A stretch of DNA of 64,000 nt from an uncultured delta proteobacterium (GCA_963706575.1 CAVPNL010000003.1:1-64000), one strand, 5' to 3'; positions 1-10,387 are shown, counted from the stretch's first letter. The notes: a model not told the origin generated them from the letters alone. Program-made: numbers and translations.

Positions 1-405
1 AGTCAAATTTTGCGCTTCATCAATGATGAGCACCACACGCTCTCCGGCGGCAAACTGGTCTATTAAATAACCGCTGAAAATATCAATGAGCTCCGCTTTG
101 TCATTGGTTTTAGGATCAAGTTCAAACTCTTTACAGACCATCTTTAAAAATTCAGCTGGTTGGATATTGGTATTGTTTACAAGCCCAACCTGAATGTCTT
201 CTCCGATTTTATTCAAAAGAAAGTTCGTCAGTGTGGTTTTGCCAGAACCTATTTCACCGGTTACAACCACAAATCCTTTATTTTCAACAATCGCATATTC
301 CATATGCGTATAGGTATTTTCATGCACTCGGCTCATATAAAGGTAATCTGGATCCGGATGAAGATCAAAGGGCTTTTCTTTAAAACCATAAAATGATTCA
401 TACAT
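1..405 (-). CDS. ExeA-like AAA+ ATPase of EPS/PEP-CTERM-type loci (5' part; runs off the window edge)
   Basis: Not in the ORF track. Manual translation gives MYESFYGFKEKPFDLHPDPDYLY..., Walker A VTGEIGSGKTT and Walker B VLIIDEAQNL. Confidence 0.9.
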   Translation of the reverse strand, partial: MYESFYGFKEKPFDLHPDPDYLYMSRVHENTYTHMEYAIVENKGFVVVTGEIGSGKTTLTNFLLNKIGEDIQVGLVNNTNIQPAEFLKMVCKEFELDPKTNDKAELIDIFSGYLIDQFAAGERVVLIIDEAQNLT

Positions 406-411
406 GTTTAT

Positions 412-1263
412 CTAATTCACATCCTTTTTAGATTTGTTAATTAATGTACCAAAAATCGGTTTGCCCTTTAGCAATTCAATAGTTTTTTTAACATCTTCTT
501 CAGAAGTTTTTTCATCTTCTACAACGAGAAGAATACCATCAGCATAGCGTGCTAATACTAATGGATCGGCACAACTTAAAAGTGATGCACAATCAAAGAT
601 AATTATTCTATCATCTGCATAGCGGCTTTTAATGTCATTTACCAGCATAACCATTCTCGGAGATCCCAATAGTTCAGCAGAATTTGGCAGCGGACGTCCA
701 GCAGGTAGCAGTACAAGCTTTTCTATTCCAGGATTGATCAGAATGTCTGGAATTTCTGCTTGTCCTAACAAATAGTTTGAAAGCCCCACATTCATGTCTG
801 TGCCAAAAAAATCAGAAGCGAAATCTTTATGATGTCTATTATGCTTCCTCAAATCTGCATCGACTAAAAGAACGGTACGATCTAATTCCTGTGCAATGCT
901 CACGCCTAAGTTTATTGCGGTAAAAGTTTTACCTTCATATGGATTTGCACTTGTAATCAAAATACTGTTTCCATTTACCTCATTAAGATGGTTTAAAATT
1001 TGGGTGCGCAATGTCTTTATCTGATCGATTTTATCAATATCGTGAAAAAGCGAAATAACTTTGCCTTTTTTTAAAATATTTTCATCGATTTTTTGTATTT
1101 TTGTTTCTGAATAACATATGTCGATCTCAGGGCGACAAATCTGCGTTTTCTCAACATTTTCAGTTCTTGATACCTTTGATCTCTGGTTAACCATAGAGAA
1201 GTTGTTACCATCAATGTTTCTTGATTGCTTAGCTTTTTCGAGAGCTTTTTTCAATTTACTCAT
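412..1263 (-). CDS. CpsD/CapB-family (BY-kinase, Wzc C-terminal-like) ATPase/tyrosine kinase
   Basis: ITSANPYEGKT Walker A, LLVDADLR Walker A', IIIFD Walker B and PNSAELLGS. The MSKLKKALEKAK N-terminus is typical of XrtA-type EPS kinases. Confidence 0.9.
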   Translation of the reverse strand: MSKLKKALEKAKQSRNIDGNNFSMVNQRSKVSRTENVEKTQICRPEIDICYSETKIQKIDENILKKGKVISLFHDIDKIDQIKTLRTQILNHLNEVNGNSILITSANPYEGKTFTAINLGVSIAQELDRTVLLVDADLRKHNRHHKDFASDFFGTDMNVGLSNYLLGQAEIPDILINPGIEKLVLLPAGRPLPNSAELLGSPRMVMLVNDIKSRYADDRIIIFDCASLLSCADPLVLARYADGILLVVEDEKTSEEDVKKTIELLKGKPIFGTLINKSKKDVN

Positions 1264-1309
1264 AAGTTTTTACCTCTTTTCAGACTATTGCTGTTTTCTT
1301 CATAATTTT

Positions 1310-3064
1310 TTAAACAATCATTTTAATTCTATCTAAAATAATATTCCATATATAGCCCATTTCTGCATAATTATGATGAATGTAGTACAAAATAGAACTA
1401 ATAAAAAAAGCGATTATAACTATCAATCCAATTCTTTTTAATATTCTTAAATTCTTTTCTTCTTTTGTCTCAATAAAGGATATTGAAGATAGCACCGGCA
1501 GACCGGTTAAATCTTTAAGTTGATGTCGTGTTTTGATACTATTATCCATGCTCTCTTGAATTGCGATAAAACAGTAGCTAACGCCCAAGCCTACGATAAA
1601 AGTTAAAATCAAAACCAATAATCGATTAGGTTTGCTGGGTTTTAGAGGCAAATATGCAGGAGAGGTAATGGTAAATCTTCGGCCCTTTTGTTTACCTTCC
1701 ATTTCTTGAGACACTTTAGCGGCCATTAATTGATTTGAAATTTCTGAGTATTTTTCTTGAGAATTTTGATAATTCCTAGTCAATTGTTTAAATTTCGTTT
1801 CTGTGATGGGAATACTATCAATTCTATTTTGATATTTTTCAATTCCAGTAGAGATCTGTTTCAAATCTTCTTCGGCGGCTTGAATTTCCATGTTAACTGA
1901 ATCAATTTGTGCAGTTAGATTAATATATGCCGGGTTATCAGGCTTTTCTTTTGATATTTTGTTTCTTGTAGATGCTGATATAGATTTTTCTAATTCTGTG
2001 GAAACTACTTCGATTTCTCTTCTAACTCTCAGGACATCAGGATGTTGCGGTCCAAGTGAACTTTTTAATTCAGTTAATTGGTTTTGCAACTGATTAAGTC
2101 TTTTTATTTTTTCTGTTGATGCATCTGATACATCGATTTGGCTTTCTAAATCCTTTATTTCTTTTTTCAGTCTTTTGATATCAGGATGCTTTTCAGAGTA
2201 TATTGATTTTGTGCGTGCGAGTTGAAGGTGCAATTGTTTTAATCTTGTGCTTGGATTTATTGCAACATCCTCTCCATCAATAATTATCGGCGTTAATGGC
2301 TCGACATTTTCTAGACGCGCGTTTAAAAGTATTTTCTTTTCTTTTAGAAATCTCAATTGGATTTCCTTTTTATCAAATTCTCGTTCCAAGCTTGCAATAG
2401 CTTGAAGATTGTGGCTAAGATCTGTAGGCAGTTTTCCAGAATTCATTTTTTTGAAATCACTAATCTTATTTTCTTGAATCATGATTTCCTTTTTTAGACG
2501 TTCGAGTTCTTCATTTAAAAAGCTAGTAGTTACAGCACTTAGTTCTTCTCTTGATTTTATATCTTCTTCTAAATAAAGGTTTGCGAGTGTATTGGTTACT
2601 TTTTCTACAGTTTTAGGATCCTTTCCTTCATAGTGCAGACGAAAAGCTACTGTAATGAAACTAATTCTTCCTCCTTTACTATTTTTCTTTTCAGCATTAA
2701 TAGTTTCCAGTGTTATGTTTTTGCGCATCTCACTCAAAATCTCAATCGGATCAGAATCATCTTTTTTTTCCGCATAAAGATCAAATTTATCTATGATTTT
2801 TAATAGATTTGGTCTGCTTAATACCTGTTGACTAATTTTTTCTATCCTTTCTTCCGCATATTCATTTGTAGTGGGCTCTACAAATCCTTCAGGTATTTGC
2901 TGATCTTCAATCAGGATGGTGGCTTCTGAGCGATAGATAGGTGTAAGAAAAATGGCCACTAAAAATCCGAAAATCATTATGGTAAAAAAAGTGAAAAAAA
3001 ATGATTTTTTGCGCCTTCTAATAAAGCCCCTTATGTCTTTAAGATCTAATGATCCTTCCATCAA
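1310..3064 (-). CDS. Polysaccharide co-polymerase / chain-length determinant (GumC/Wzz, Wzc N-terminal-like)
   Basis: N-terminal TM helix followed by PIYRSEATIL, long coiled coils, two HPD motifs, and PLKPSKPNR before the C-terminal TM helices. Confidence 0.9.
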   Translation of the reverse strand: MMEGSLDLKDIRGFIRRRKKSFFFTFFTIMIFGFLVAIFLTPIYRSEATILIEDQQIPEGFVEPTTNEYAEERIEKISQQVLSRPNLLKIIDKFDLYAEKKDDSDPIEILSEMRKNITLETINAEKKNSKGGRISFITVAFRLHYEGKDPKTVEKVTNTLANLYLEEDIKSREELSAVTTSFLNEELERLKKEIMIQENKISDFKKMNSGKLPTDLSHNLQAIASLEREFDKKEIQLRFLKEKKILLNARLENVEPLTPIIIDGEDVAINPSTRLKQLHLQLARTKSIYSEKHPDIKRLKKEIKDLESQIDVSDASTEKIKRLNQLQNQLTELKSSLGPQHPDVLRVRREIEVVSTELEKSISASTRNKISKEKPDNPAYINLTAQIDSVNMEIQAAEEDLKQISTGIEKYQNRIDSIPITETKFKQLTRNYQNSQEKYSEISNQLMAAKVSQEMEGKQKGRRFTITSPAYLPLKPSKPNRLLVLILTFIVGLGVSYCFIAIQESMDNSIKTRHQLKDLTGLPVLSSISFIETKEEKNLRILKRIGLIVIIAFFISSILYYIHHNYAEMGYIWNIILDRIKMIV

Positions 3065-3096
3065 AATCTCCTTTTTAATAGCTTATAATTTCAATT

Positions 3097-4260
3097 TTAT
3101 TCCCATTTTTTAGGGAATTTTAGCCGAAATCCTAAAAAAACGCTGTTCCGTTGAGTTACCGGGTTGCCGGGTTTATCATGTTCTTTTTCATTCTGATACG
3201 TATATGCCAATTCAATACTGTGGTTTTCAGTTAACATGTAATAAAGAGTTGGTTGTAATTCGAAAAAGGTCGTCTTTTCATCTTCCGCATTACTTGATTC
3301 AGTCTCTGTTAGATAAGCGGCACCACGGAATCTCAATCCCATGCGTTCCAAAAATCGTTTGTCAGCTATTATCAAAAGGCGGTTGACCTCAACTATCTCA
3401 GCATCTGTATTGACCCTAATATCCCGCATGAGTTCAATTCTAGTTGAATAGGTTTCTCCCCATTTTCGCATTCCTAATAATCCTAAATAACCCCAATTTT
3501 GATCATCTTTGCCATTCACATCTTCTATTTCTGTGTAACGTGCTCCGACATTTAATTGAGTTGTAAAAGTTTCGCTAGTCCGACGTTCCCATTCAACAGT
3601 AAACCGATAATCCGTTGCGTCTTCTTCATCTGAATAAAGAAATGAATACTCAGGTACAAGTCCTAATGTATCTCTTTGATTGGCAAAACGTTTGGTATAA
3701 GCCGTGGAAAATGTGTAACGGTCGTAATCTGTTTCTTCGTCAGAAGAATAATTTCTCTTACGATAGTCAACTTCAAGGCCAATATCCGATAATTCAGTAA
3801 GCTGATAAAACACCCCACCGCCTGAATCATACGTTTTGACCCTATCTCTTTCAGTTGCCTGTCCGGTTTCTTCAAGCTGAGAGTCAACCGTTTCATCCCT
3901 GCGATATCTGAAATTGCCCGTAATAGCCCATCTTGAAAACGCTTGGTATCTCCCATTAAATCCATAAAGTTGATTCGTTCGGTCGAAATCGGTTTGATTA
4001 TAATATTTTATGATATCAAGCTGGCCAATAAGCGAAAACTGCAGCAATTCTGTACTATAATCCAGGGTTAATTTAGGAATTGCCTGACCACCAAAATCAT
4101 CTTCTTCATCGCTACTGGTAAAGTCTAAGTTATCATCATATACACCTCCCACCTCGAGTGAGGGGGTGATAGTAAGATCTTTGGCCATACATGTTAAGTG
4201 AGAAAATAGAAGCATTATAGTAAAAATTAGACCAAAGAAAATATCTATATGTTTTTTCAT
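3097..4260 (-). CDS. Outer-membrane beta-barrel protein of EPS export loci
   Basis: Signal peptide, early YDDN motif, amphipathic beta-strands and an aromatic C-terminus. Lies between wza and the co-polymerase. Confidence 0.75.
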   Translation of the reverse strand: MKKHIDIFFGLIFTIMLLFSHLTCMAKDLTITPSLEVGGVYDDNLDFTSSDEEDDFGGQAIPKLTLDYSTELLQFSLIGQLDIIKYYNQTDFDRTNQLYGFNGRYQAFSRWAITGNFRYRRDETVDSQLEETGQATERDRVKTYDSGGGVFYQLTELSDIGLEVDYRKRNYSSDEETDYDRYTFSTAYTKRFANQRDTLGLVPEYSFLYSDEEDATDYRFTVEWERRTSETFTTQLNVGARYTEIEDVNGKDDQNWGYLGLLGMRKWGETYSTRIELMRDIRVNTDAEIVEVNRLLIIADKRFLERMGLRFRGAAYLTETESSNAEDEKTTFFELQPTLYYMLTENHSIELAYTYQNEKEHDKPGNPVTQRNSVFLGFRLKFPKKWE

Positions 4261-4340
4261 TTTATTTTCATTCTTTTTGATTTTTTTCTATTTTTCAAAG
4301 GCTATTAGATTTACTGAGAAAATTAATAGCAGTTCATTGA

Positions 4341-4898
4341 TCAGGGAACAACAATTACATCTCCGGCTTTAAGAATAATGTTCTGCTCAAGATTATGACC
4401 TTTCTCAACATCTCCATAATCAAACGGTATTTTGATAATCGTATTATCCTTTTGCCTGAGTATTTTGATACTGCCCTTCGAGGCAAATGGATTTAACCCT
4501 TCTGCCTTAGCAAGTATCTGCATTACGGTGGTATCCATATTTATGGTAAATTCGCCCGGTTTGTTTACTTTGCCAATTACGAATGCCTTTAAACTGTTAA
4601 TCTCTAATATTATAACGGTTACCGTAGCTTCGGGCACAAACTCGGAAAGTTTCTGCGTTACAATTTTTTTCAAAGCTTCAACCGTCAGATTAGTAACTTT
4701 GATAGGTTCGATGAGAGGAAATGAGATAATACCATCAGGGGGTACCACCAGTTGCCTGCTTAAATCAGGATCTTTCCATACAGAAATCTCAAGAACATCT
4801 CCCGAGCCGATATGATATTTTTTTTCAGCCGCCAGGCCACTGGAGTTTGAAAATATTATAACTATACAAAGAAACAGACCGCAGGCAAAATTTTTCAT
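4341..4898 (-). CDS. wza: Polysaccharide export protein (Poly_export + SLBB; short Wza/OPX type)
   Basis: YHIGSGDVLEISVW, PDGIISFPLI, VIGKVNKPG and LKAGDVIVVP motifs. Confidence 0.92.
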   Translation of the reverse strand: MKNFACGLFLCIVIIFSNSSGLAAEKKYHIGSGDVLEISVWKDPDLSRQLVVPPDGIISFPLIEPIKVTNLTVEALKKIVTQKLSEFVPEATVTVIILEINSLKAFVIGKVNKPGEFTINMDTTVMQILAKAEGLNPFASKGSIKILRQKDNTIIKIPFDYGDVEKGHNLEQNIILKAGDVIVVP

Positions 4899-5308
4899 CT
4901 AAAGCTCCTTTGTTTAAATGTACAGGTAGTCTGTAATAAGTGTTGAGATCTTGAATCTTGGATAATCGAAAATCAAGATGAGGCTTTTGGTGCTAATCCT
5001 GATTGTTTGCAACAATAAAGTAAAATGACAATTACCAATAATTCAGACCCGGACATTGAGAAGAAAAATCGGTGTTTCTCATCGTTATGACGTACCGATT
5101 TCACTCACCTCGAATCGAAACTAAAAATCCAATTATCAAGTGAACATGAAGATACGATAATCTATCAAAAGGGTAATCCTGAATACGAAGCTTACCAAAT
5201 TGTTCACCACAGCCCCCCGAAATTGCGCAGGAATATTTGGCTGGCCTCCTTTTTTTTACTAAAATTTAAGACTTGCAATGAGAAACAAACTTCAACTAGG
5301 TTGTATAT

Positions 5309-5324
5309 TGCAAATTGCATGCCG
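5309..5324 (-). promoter_or_regulatory. Sigma-54 (-24/-12) promoter upstream of the wza operon
   Basis: Minus strand reads CGGCATGCAATTTGCA (GG-N10-GC), close to the TGGCAC-N5-TTGC consensus. Confidence 0.75.
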
Positions 5325-5475
5325 GGTAAGAATCTAACACTTTTTGATGACTTTGATGAAAAAAAACCAATCAGAAATGTAATAATTATAAATGTTTTCA
5401 TCTATTTATTTAATATATGAAAATTGGGTCTAAAATGGGATTTCATTGGATTTAAACTAATTAAATGTGAAAAAT

Positions 5476-5513
5476 GGTAAATAATTGCCCAATAATATGT
5501 AAATAATTTCACA
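5476..5513. promoter_or_regulatory. Tandem enhancer-like boxes for a sigma-54 activator
   Basis: GGTAAATAATTGCCCA (5476) and TGTAAATAATTTCACA (5498), starts 22 bp apart; TGT-N10-ACA type. Confidence 0.55.
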
Positions 5514-5532
5514 CCGGTATCAAATATTATAA

Positions 5533-7170
5533 TTAGCCCACAAATCCTCTAATACTGATTACAAAAAGTGCAAAAATAACGGTAGTTTTAAGTTTGCCTA
5601 AATCTGATCGTAGCTCCCCCTTCAACACTTCATAACAAAAAAACAGAGAAACGATTTTGGCAGCAATAAAACTCAGTTGCCAGCTTTGAATATTTTTATC
5701 TGGTAAATTCGGTACAATCAGAGCGACAAATATAATGAGAAAATCCGTTGGAGTTGTTTTAAAACCCATCCGACGTGAGAATTTGAGTGTTAAAAAAACA
5801 AAGCACATTAAAATGCCAAATGAAATTGTGTAAGCTTTCTTCAAGATGGTATCGGCCAAATAAACAACATCTGTTTCGCTTAAATATATCAAAAAGGGAA
5901 TCATCAAGAATATTGAAATTTCAATAATAGTGGATGTCCATTTCTTTTTGAATCGCCAGGTTATTAGGACTATCCCTAAATAGACCATAGCTGCAATTGA
6001 AAAATAGATATGAATATGTTCAGGCAGCAAACACGTAAACAACAGAAGAAAAATAAATCCTATTTCTACCGCCTTAAAGGCGATCCTAATTACTACGTTC
6101 TCTTCTTTAAGAGTCCGAAGACGACCTTTAATCATATTATCAATAATCGGAAATCGCTTGATTTTCCATCCACTTCTATCAGCGATAAAAATAGCCGCCA
6201 TGATTATTCCCGAATATAAAACATAAAAGAAAAGTAAAAACCAAGGCGATTTAAATCTAAATATGAACGCCATGCATACGAGAACGGCGTGCATTAGATA
6301 AATTGTCAAAACGGATTCAGAATGATGTAGACCTATCCGCATCAGTTGGTGATGAAGATGATTTTTATCTGCAACAAAGGGGGAACGACCTTTGATAACA
6401 CGCTGAACAATAACTGACAGCGTATCAAGTATAGGTATCCCCATTATTAATAAAGTGAGAATAATACTGATTTGACTGCTTTTTCTCGTTAAGGCTAAAG
6501 AAATGGTTATGGTGATAAAACCAAGCAACTGGCTGCCTGCATCTCCCATAAAAACAGTTGCCGGGTGAGTATTAAATCTTAGAAGTCCAAATATTGCACC
6601 TACCATTGCCACGGATATAACTTCTATTTCCTGAAACTGGTGAAGGTAAGAAAGATAGCCAATACACAAAAGTGTTAATAAAGTGATACCGCCTGCCAGC
6701 CCATCCAAACCATCGGAAAGATTAATTGCATTTGTTACAGCTACAATAATCATTATCGTAAATGGTATTGCAATCCAATCGGAAAGAACAAATCCGCTGG
6801 GAGCAAAGACACTAAGGGTATTAATCTTTAATCCGCCGTACATAACAACTATTAAAGCGGCTAATATCTGACCAATAAATTTTTTCTTGAATCCAATGCT
6901 TTTCAAGTCGTCTGCTAATCCAAAGATTACAACAATTCCAGACCCTATTATAATAGATTTGATAAAATCATTTAATGGTGTCCAAACAATTATGGGAATT
7001 AATGCCCCAATAGCCATAGCAACGCCACCAATTCTGGGAATCGGATCACAATGAATTTTTCGGTTATCTGGAATGTCTAATATTCTTGCTTTTCGGGCTA
7101 TACTAATACATACGGGCATTAGCAAAATTGTGATGATTGTGGAAATAAGGAAGGTTGAAAATAGAACCAT
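5533..7170 (-). CDS. wecA: Undecaprenyl-phosphate GlcNAc-1-phosphate transferase (MraY/WecA family) with a C-terminal membrane extension
   Basis: PRIGG, GLADD, NAINLSDGLDGLA, FMGDAGS and DKNHLHH motifs. Confidence 0.9.
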   Translation of the reverse strand: MVLFSTFLISTIITILLMPVCISIARKARILDIPDNRKIHCDPIPRIGGVAMAIGALIPIIVWTPLNDFIKSIIIGSGIVVIFGLADDLKSIGFKKKFIGQILAALIVVMYGGLKINTLSVFAPSGFVLSDWIAIPFTIMIIVAVTNAINLSDGLDGLAGGITLLTLLCIGYLSYLHQFQEIEVISVAMVGAIFGLLRFNTHPATVFMGDAGSQLLGFITITISLALTRKSSQISIILTLLIMGIPILDTLSVIVQRVIKGRSPFVADKNHLHHQLMRIGLHHSESVLTIYLMHAVLVCMAFIFRFKSPWFLLFFYVLYSGIIMAAIFIADRSGWKIKRFPIIDNMIKGRLRTLKEENVVIRIAFKAVEIGFIFLLLFTCLLPEHIHIYFSIAAMVYLGIVLITWRFKKKWTSTIIEISIFLMIPFLIYLSETDVVYLADTILKKAYTISFGILMCFVFLTLKFSRRMGFKTTPTDFLIIFVALIVPNLPDKNIQSWQLSFIAAKIVSLFFCYEVLKGELRSDLGKLKTTVIFALFVISIRGFVG

Positions 7171-7323
7171 TACTAAGTTTCCTTAAATAACTATTAATAC
7201 TTTAGTATATGTGATTTGTAGGTTTTAGATTTTAGTAATAAACAGGTGGGTTCGATGATAATTTTATGTTGGTTTTGGCTTATAAATTAGATATTGTTAT
7301 TAGACAGATATAAATATTTGACT

Positions 7324-8607
7324 TTATTGTATATTTTCATATTTAGCAGTTTTTAATTTCGATTTTTTTAAATTTTCGAATGCATTAATGTGTTTGTCTG
7401 CACAAATATCCCAGGTGAATTTTTGTTTTACATAATCTCTGCAATTCTTGCTCATATCCTTCAATTCATCCCTCTTATAATAAAAATGATTAAGAAGTGT
7501 TGATAGTTTTACGTAGTCGCCAGGCATAAAAAGCCTTCCGACTTTATCAGAAATCATATCCTGTGTACCCCCTAAAGCGCTTGCAATTACTGGAACTCCC
7601 ATTGCCATAGCTTCTAGAATGACATTTCCCTGTGGTTCAAACAAAGAAGGCAAAACAAGCAAATCAGCAGCAGAGAGAAAGTTTCTAAACTTATTAGAAC
7701 GGTTGCTAATAAATCCTTTAAATGCAATCGGCAATCCTTTGGATTCTTTAATCAAGTTTTGCGCATAGGGATTAATTTCATTTCGATGCTCAAAAGAGGA
7801 TCCTAATGAGCCTATAATAATCGCAGAAAGATTTCCTAAATTAGATCCCAAATGTCGAATTGCATTGATCAGTATATCTACTCCTTTTATTGGTAAAACC
7901 CTTCCTACAAACAAGACAATAAAATCATTTTCATCATAACCCAAATATTTTCTGGCAATTTTTCTTTCAATAGGTTTCCATTTTTTTAAGATCAATGCCA
8001 TTGGGGATAATCTTTATGTTTGCATTATTAAATTGTTCTTTCAAATAATGACCCAATCCAATAGTTAACGAGCTATTTTGAATCGCATTCTTTTCATGTA
8101 TACCAATGGCGGTTAAAATATTTATCTTCATTTGTTTTAAATAATTAAAAAAAGTTCGCTTATGATAGATTTGATACCAAGTGGGCGTATGTGATGTATA
8201 AACATATTGATATTGGAACTTTCTATTTAAAATTATAGCCGGAAAAGATTCATGTATATGCAGTATATCAAATTCTGCCAGATCAACCTGTGAAGCAATT
8301 TTTTCTATAAAATGATATTCGTTTATCCATATTTGGTATAGTCTTTTGTAATTTGTAAATATATTTCCAGCATAACTTAAACTTGTATTTTTTTGAAATC
8401 TTGAGTGAGATCTAGCAACAGATTCAACTTCAATCAACTTTACTTTTGGGGGTAACATTTCTCTTTTTTTGGTGTTAAAACATCGGCCACAGTCACATCA
8501 TGATTTAAATCACAAAATCTTTTACAAAGTTGATAAATATCATTTGAAACCGGCCCCATTTCACATGTTCCTATTGTTCCGCTGCCTGCTATTTCAAGAA
8601 TGTTCAT
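7324..8607 (-). CDS. Glycosyltransferase family 4 (reconstructed across two frameshifts)
   Basis: ATG at 8607 (MNILEIAGSG...). The frame breaks at T7 runs near 8464-8470 and 7981-7987. IPNGID, FVGRVLPIKG and EPQGNVILEAMAMG motifs. Confidence 0.85.
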
Positions 8608-8728
8608 AAGAAAAGATGGCGATTTGTTTGTACGGTAGCTTGGAAACTTATTAGGCCAAGCCGTAGTGTAGGTCCCTAAAGATTAGCGAAGACAAATATT
8701 CTTAGTACCAAGAGAACAATATATTTAT

Positions 8729-9502
8729 TCAGTTTTTCGCTTTAAAATTAGACGTTTTTCTGAAAAATTGAGGAAGCTTTCTAATATTTTTTAAAAAAAT
8801 TGCGGTCGCCGCCCCTTTCAAGTCGTTAATTTTCCATGCTTTATAATCTTGAGTTGTTTTAATAATTAAATTTTTTAATTTTCTGTTACTCACTCCACCG
8901 GTTCTCATTTTTACAAGTACTTCGGGAATATAGTATGTTGTCAGGCCATTTTTCACTAAAAATCTGAGCATTAATTCGTAATCAGCAGCTATAGTAAAAT
9001 CAATATTGAAAAATCCATATTCATAAAAATATTTTTTTTTTACAAAGAAAGTAGGATGTGGTGGCATCCATCCAAAATAGAATCTTCGAGTATTATAATA
9101 ACCAGATTTCCAGTAACGGATAATTTTTCCGACATTAATTTTATCAACATAAACCAAATCACCATAGCAAGAATCAATATCTTCTTTATCAAACAATTGC
9201 AGTATTTTGCTAATAATAGTATTTTTGGCGTAAAAATCGTCTGCATTTAAAAATCCAACAATATCGCCCTTTGCCAGAGAAACTCCTTCATTCATACCAT
9301 CATAGATTCCTTTATCTTTTTGTGAAATTACTCTATGCATAAAAGATCTATATTGATCTATCACATCCAAAGTCCCGTCGGTTGAACCTCCATCTACAAT
9401 TATATGTTCCACATCATTGTCTTGATCTATCACACTTTCAATGCAGTTTCCGATCAAATTTTTACAATTTAATACGGGTGTTATAATTGATATCGAGGGC
9501 AT
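8729..9502 (-). CDS. Glycosyltransferase family 2 (WcaE-like)
   Basis: ISIITP, VDGGSTDGT, FLNADD, PPHPT and AADYE motifs. Confidence 0.92.
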   Translation of the reverse strand: MPSISIITPVLNCKNLIGNCIESVIDQDNDVEHIIVDGGSTDGTLDVIDQYRSFMHRVISQKDKGIYDGMNEGVSLAKGDIVGFLNADDFYAKNTIISKILQLFDKEDIDSCYGDLVYVDKINVGKIIRYWKSGYYNTRRFYFGWMPPHPTFFVKKKYFYEYGFFNIDFTIAADYELMLRFLVKNGLTTYYIPEVLVKMRTGGVSNRKLKNLIIKTTQDYKAWKINDLKGAATAIFLKNIRKLPQFFRKTSNFKAKN

Positions 9503-9608
9503 AAATCATGCAAAATTAGTGTGATGAGATTCTTTGCAGAAAAAAATTATTGAACGAATAATTTTTCAATAATTTTAATCTTACTCTCAAAAAAGGATCC
9601 TTACCTTT

Positions 9609-10379
9609 TTAAAAGGACGAGTAATTTATAAGACGGATTTTAAGATCATTCAGAGTTTTCTTAAAATTTATTCTCAAGAAAGGTTGGGTTTCAAGATTTC
9701 TCCACATATCCTTATAACCTGGGTGAATTCCTAATTCAGTTAAGCCGACTCTTAGCTTGCCTAAAAATATTTTGAGCCATTCCCTTTTATTGTGCTTATC
9801 AAGCATAAAAAAATAATCTGTTGTTTTAAATGGTTTAAAAAAATATCCAAAGATCATATTTTCATATTTTTTAACCGTATTGTTTTGAATAAAAATGTTT
9901 TGAGGTCTTCTAACAATATTTATTTTATGATTACTGAGCGTATGCTTTATTGCGAATAGTATTTGGGGAAATTTATGCAGGTGGCCGTGACTATCAATAT
10001 GTGAGATTCTTATGCCGTTATCTAACAAATTCTCTAGTTGAAGGCTAAGTTCTTTTTGAATATCCCTTTTTTTTAACCGAAATAGCAATGCGTCAATTCT
10101 CTGCTTATTACTTACTTTAAATTTACCCTGTTTATTGATCAGGGAATTATTCATTCTTACATATAAAGGATCATGATTATCCACTATATTAAAGTGCAAC
10201 CCAAACGAAAAATATTTTTGATTTTGTTTTGCAAAATCGATAGCATTTTTTGTTGCCTTTTTTCCGGTCATTATTGTTGCACTTGTTAATATGCCCTTTC
10301 GAAAAAGTTCAACCGTTGCATTAAATGAATCTATATCATGCCCAAAATCATCGGCATTTATAATCAATAATTTGGTCAT
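9609..10379 (-). CDS. ChbG/YdjC-family carbohydrate deacetylase
   Basis: LIINADDFG, GLHFN, HIDSHGHLH and ELGIHPG motifs. Confidence 0.9.
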   Translation of the reverse strand: MTKLLIINADDFGHDIDSFNATVELFRKGILTSATIMTGKKATKNAIDFAKQNQKYFSFGLHFNIVDNHDPLYVRMNNSLINKQGKFKVSNKQRIDALLFRLKKRDIQKELSLQLENLLDNGIRISHIDSHGHLHKFPQILFAIKHTLSNHKINIVRRPQNIFIQNNTVKKYENMIFGYFFKPFKTTDYFFMLDKHNKREWLKIFLGKLRVGLTELGIHPGYKDMWRNLETQPFLRINFKKTLNDLKIRLINYSSF

Positions 10380-10387
10380 TAACTTAT

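Noticed and set aside
4921..4935. CAGGTAG (also 44521) and CGGTAG (8633) as ops/JUMPstart elements
   Set aside because: They only partly match GGCGGTAG and lie on the template strand, the wrong orientation for RfaH-type recruitment.
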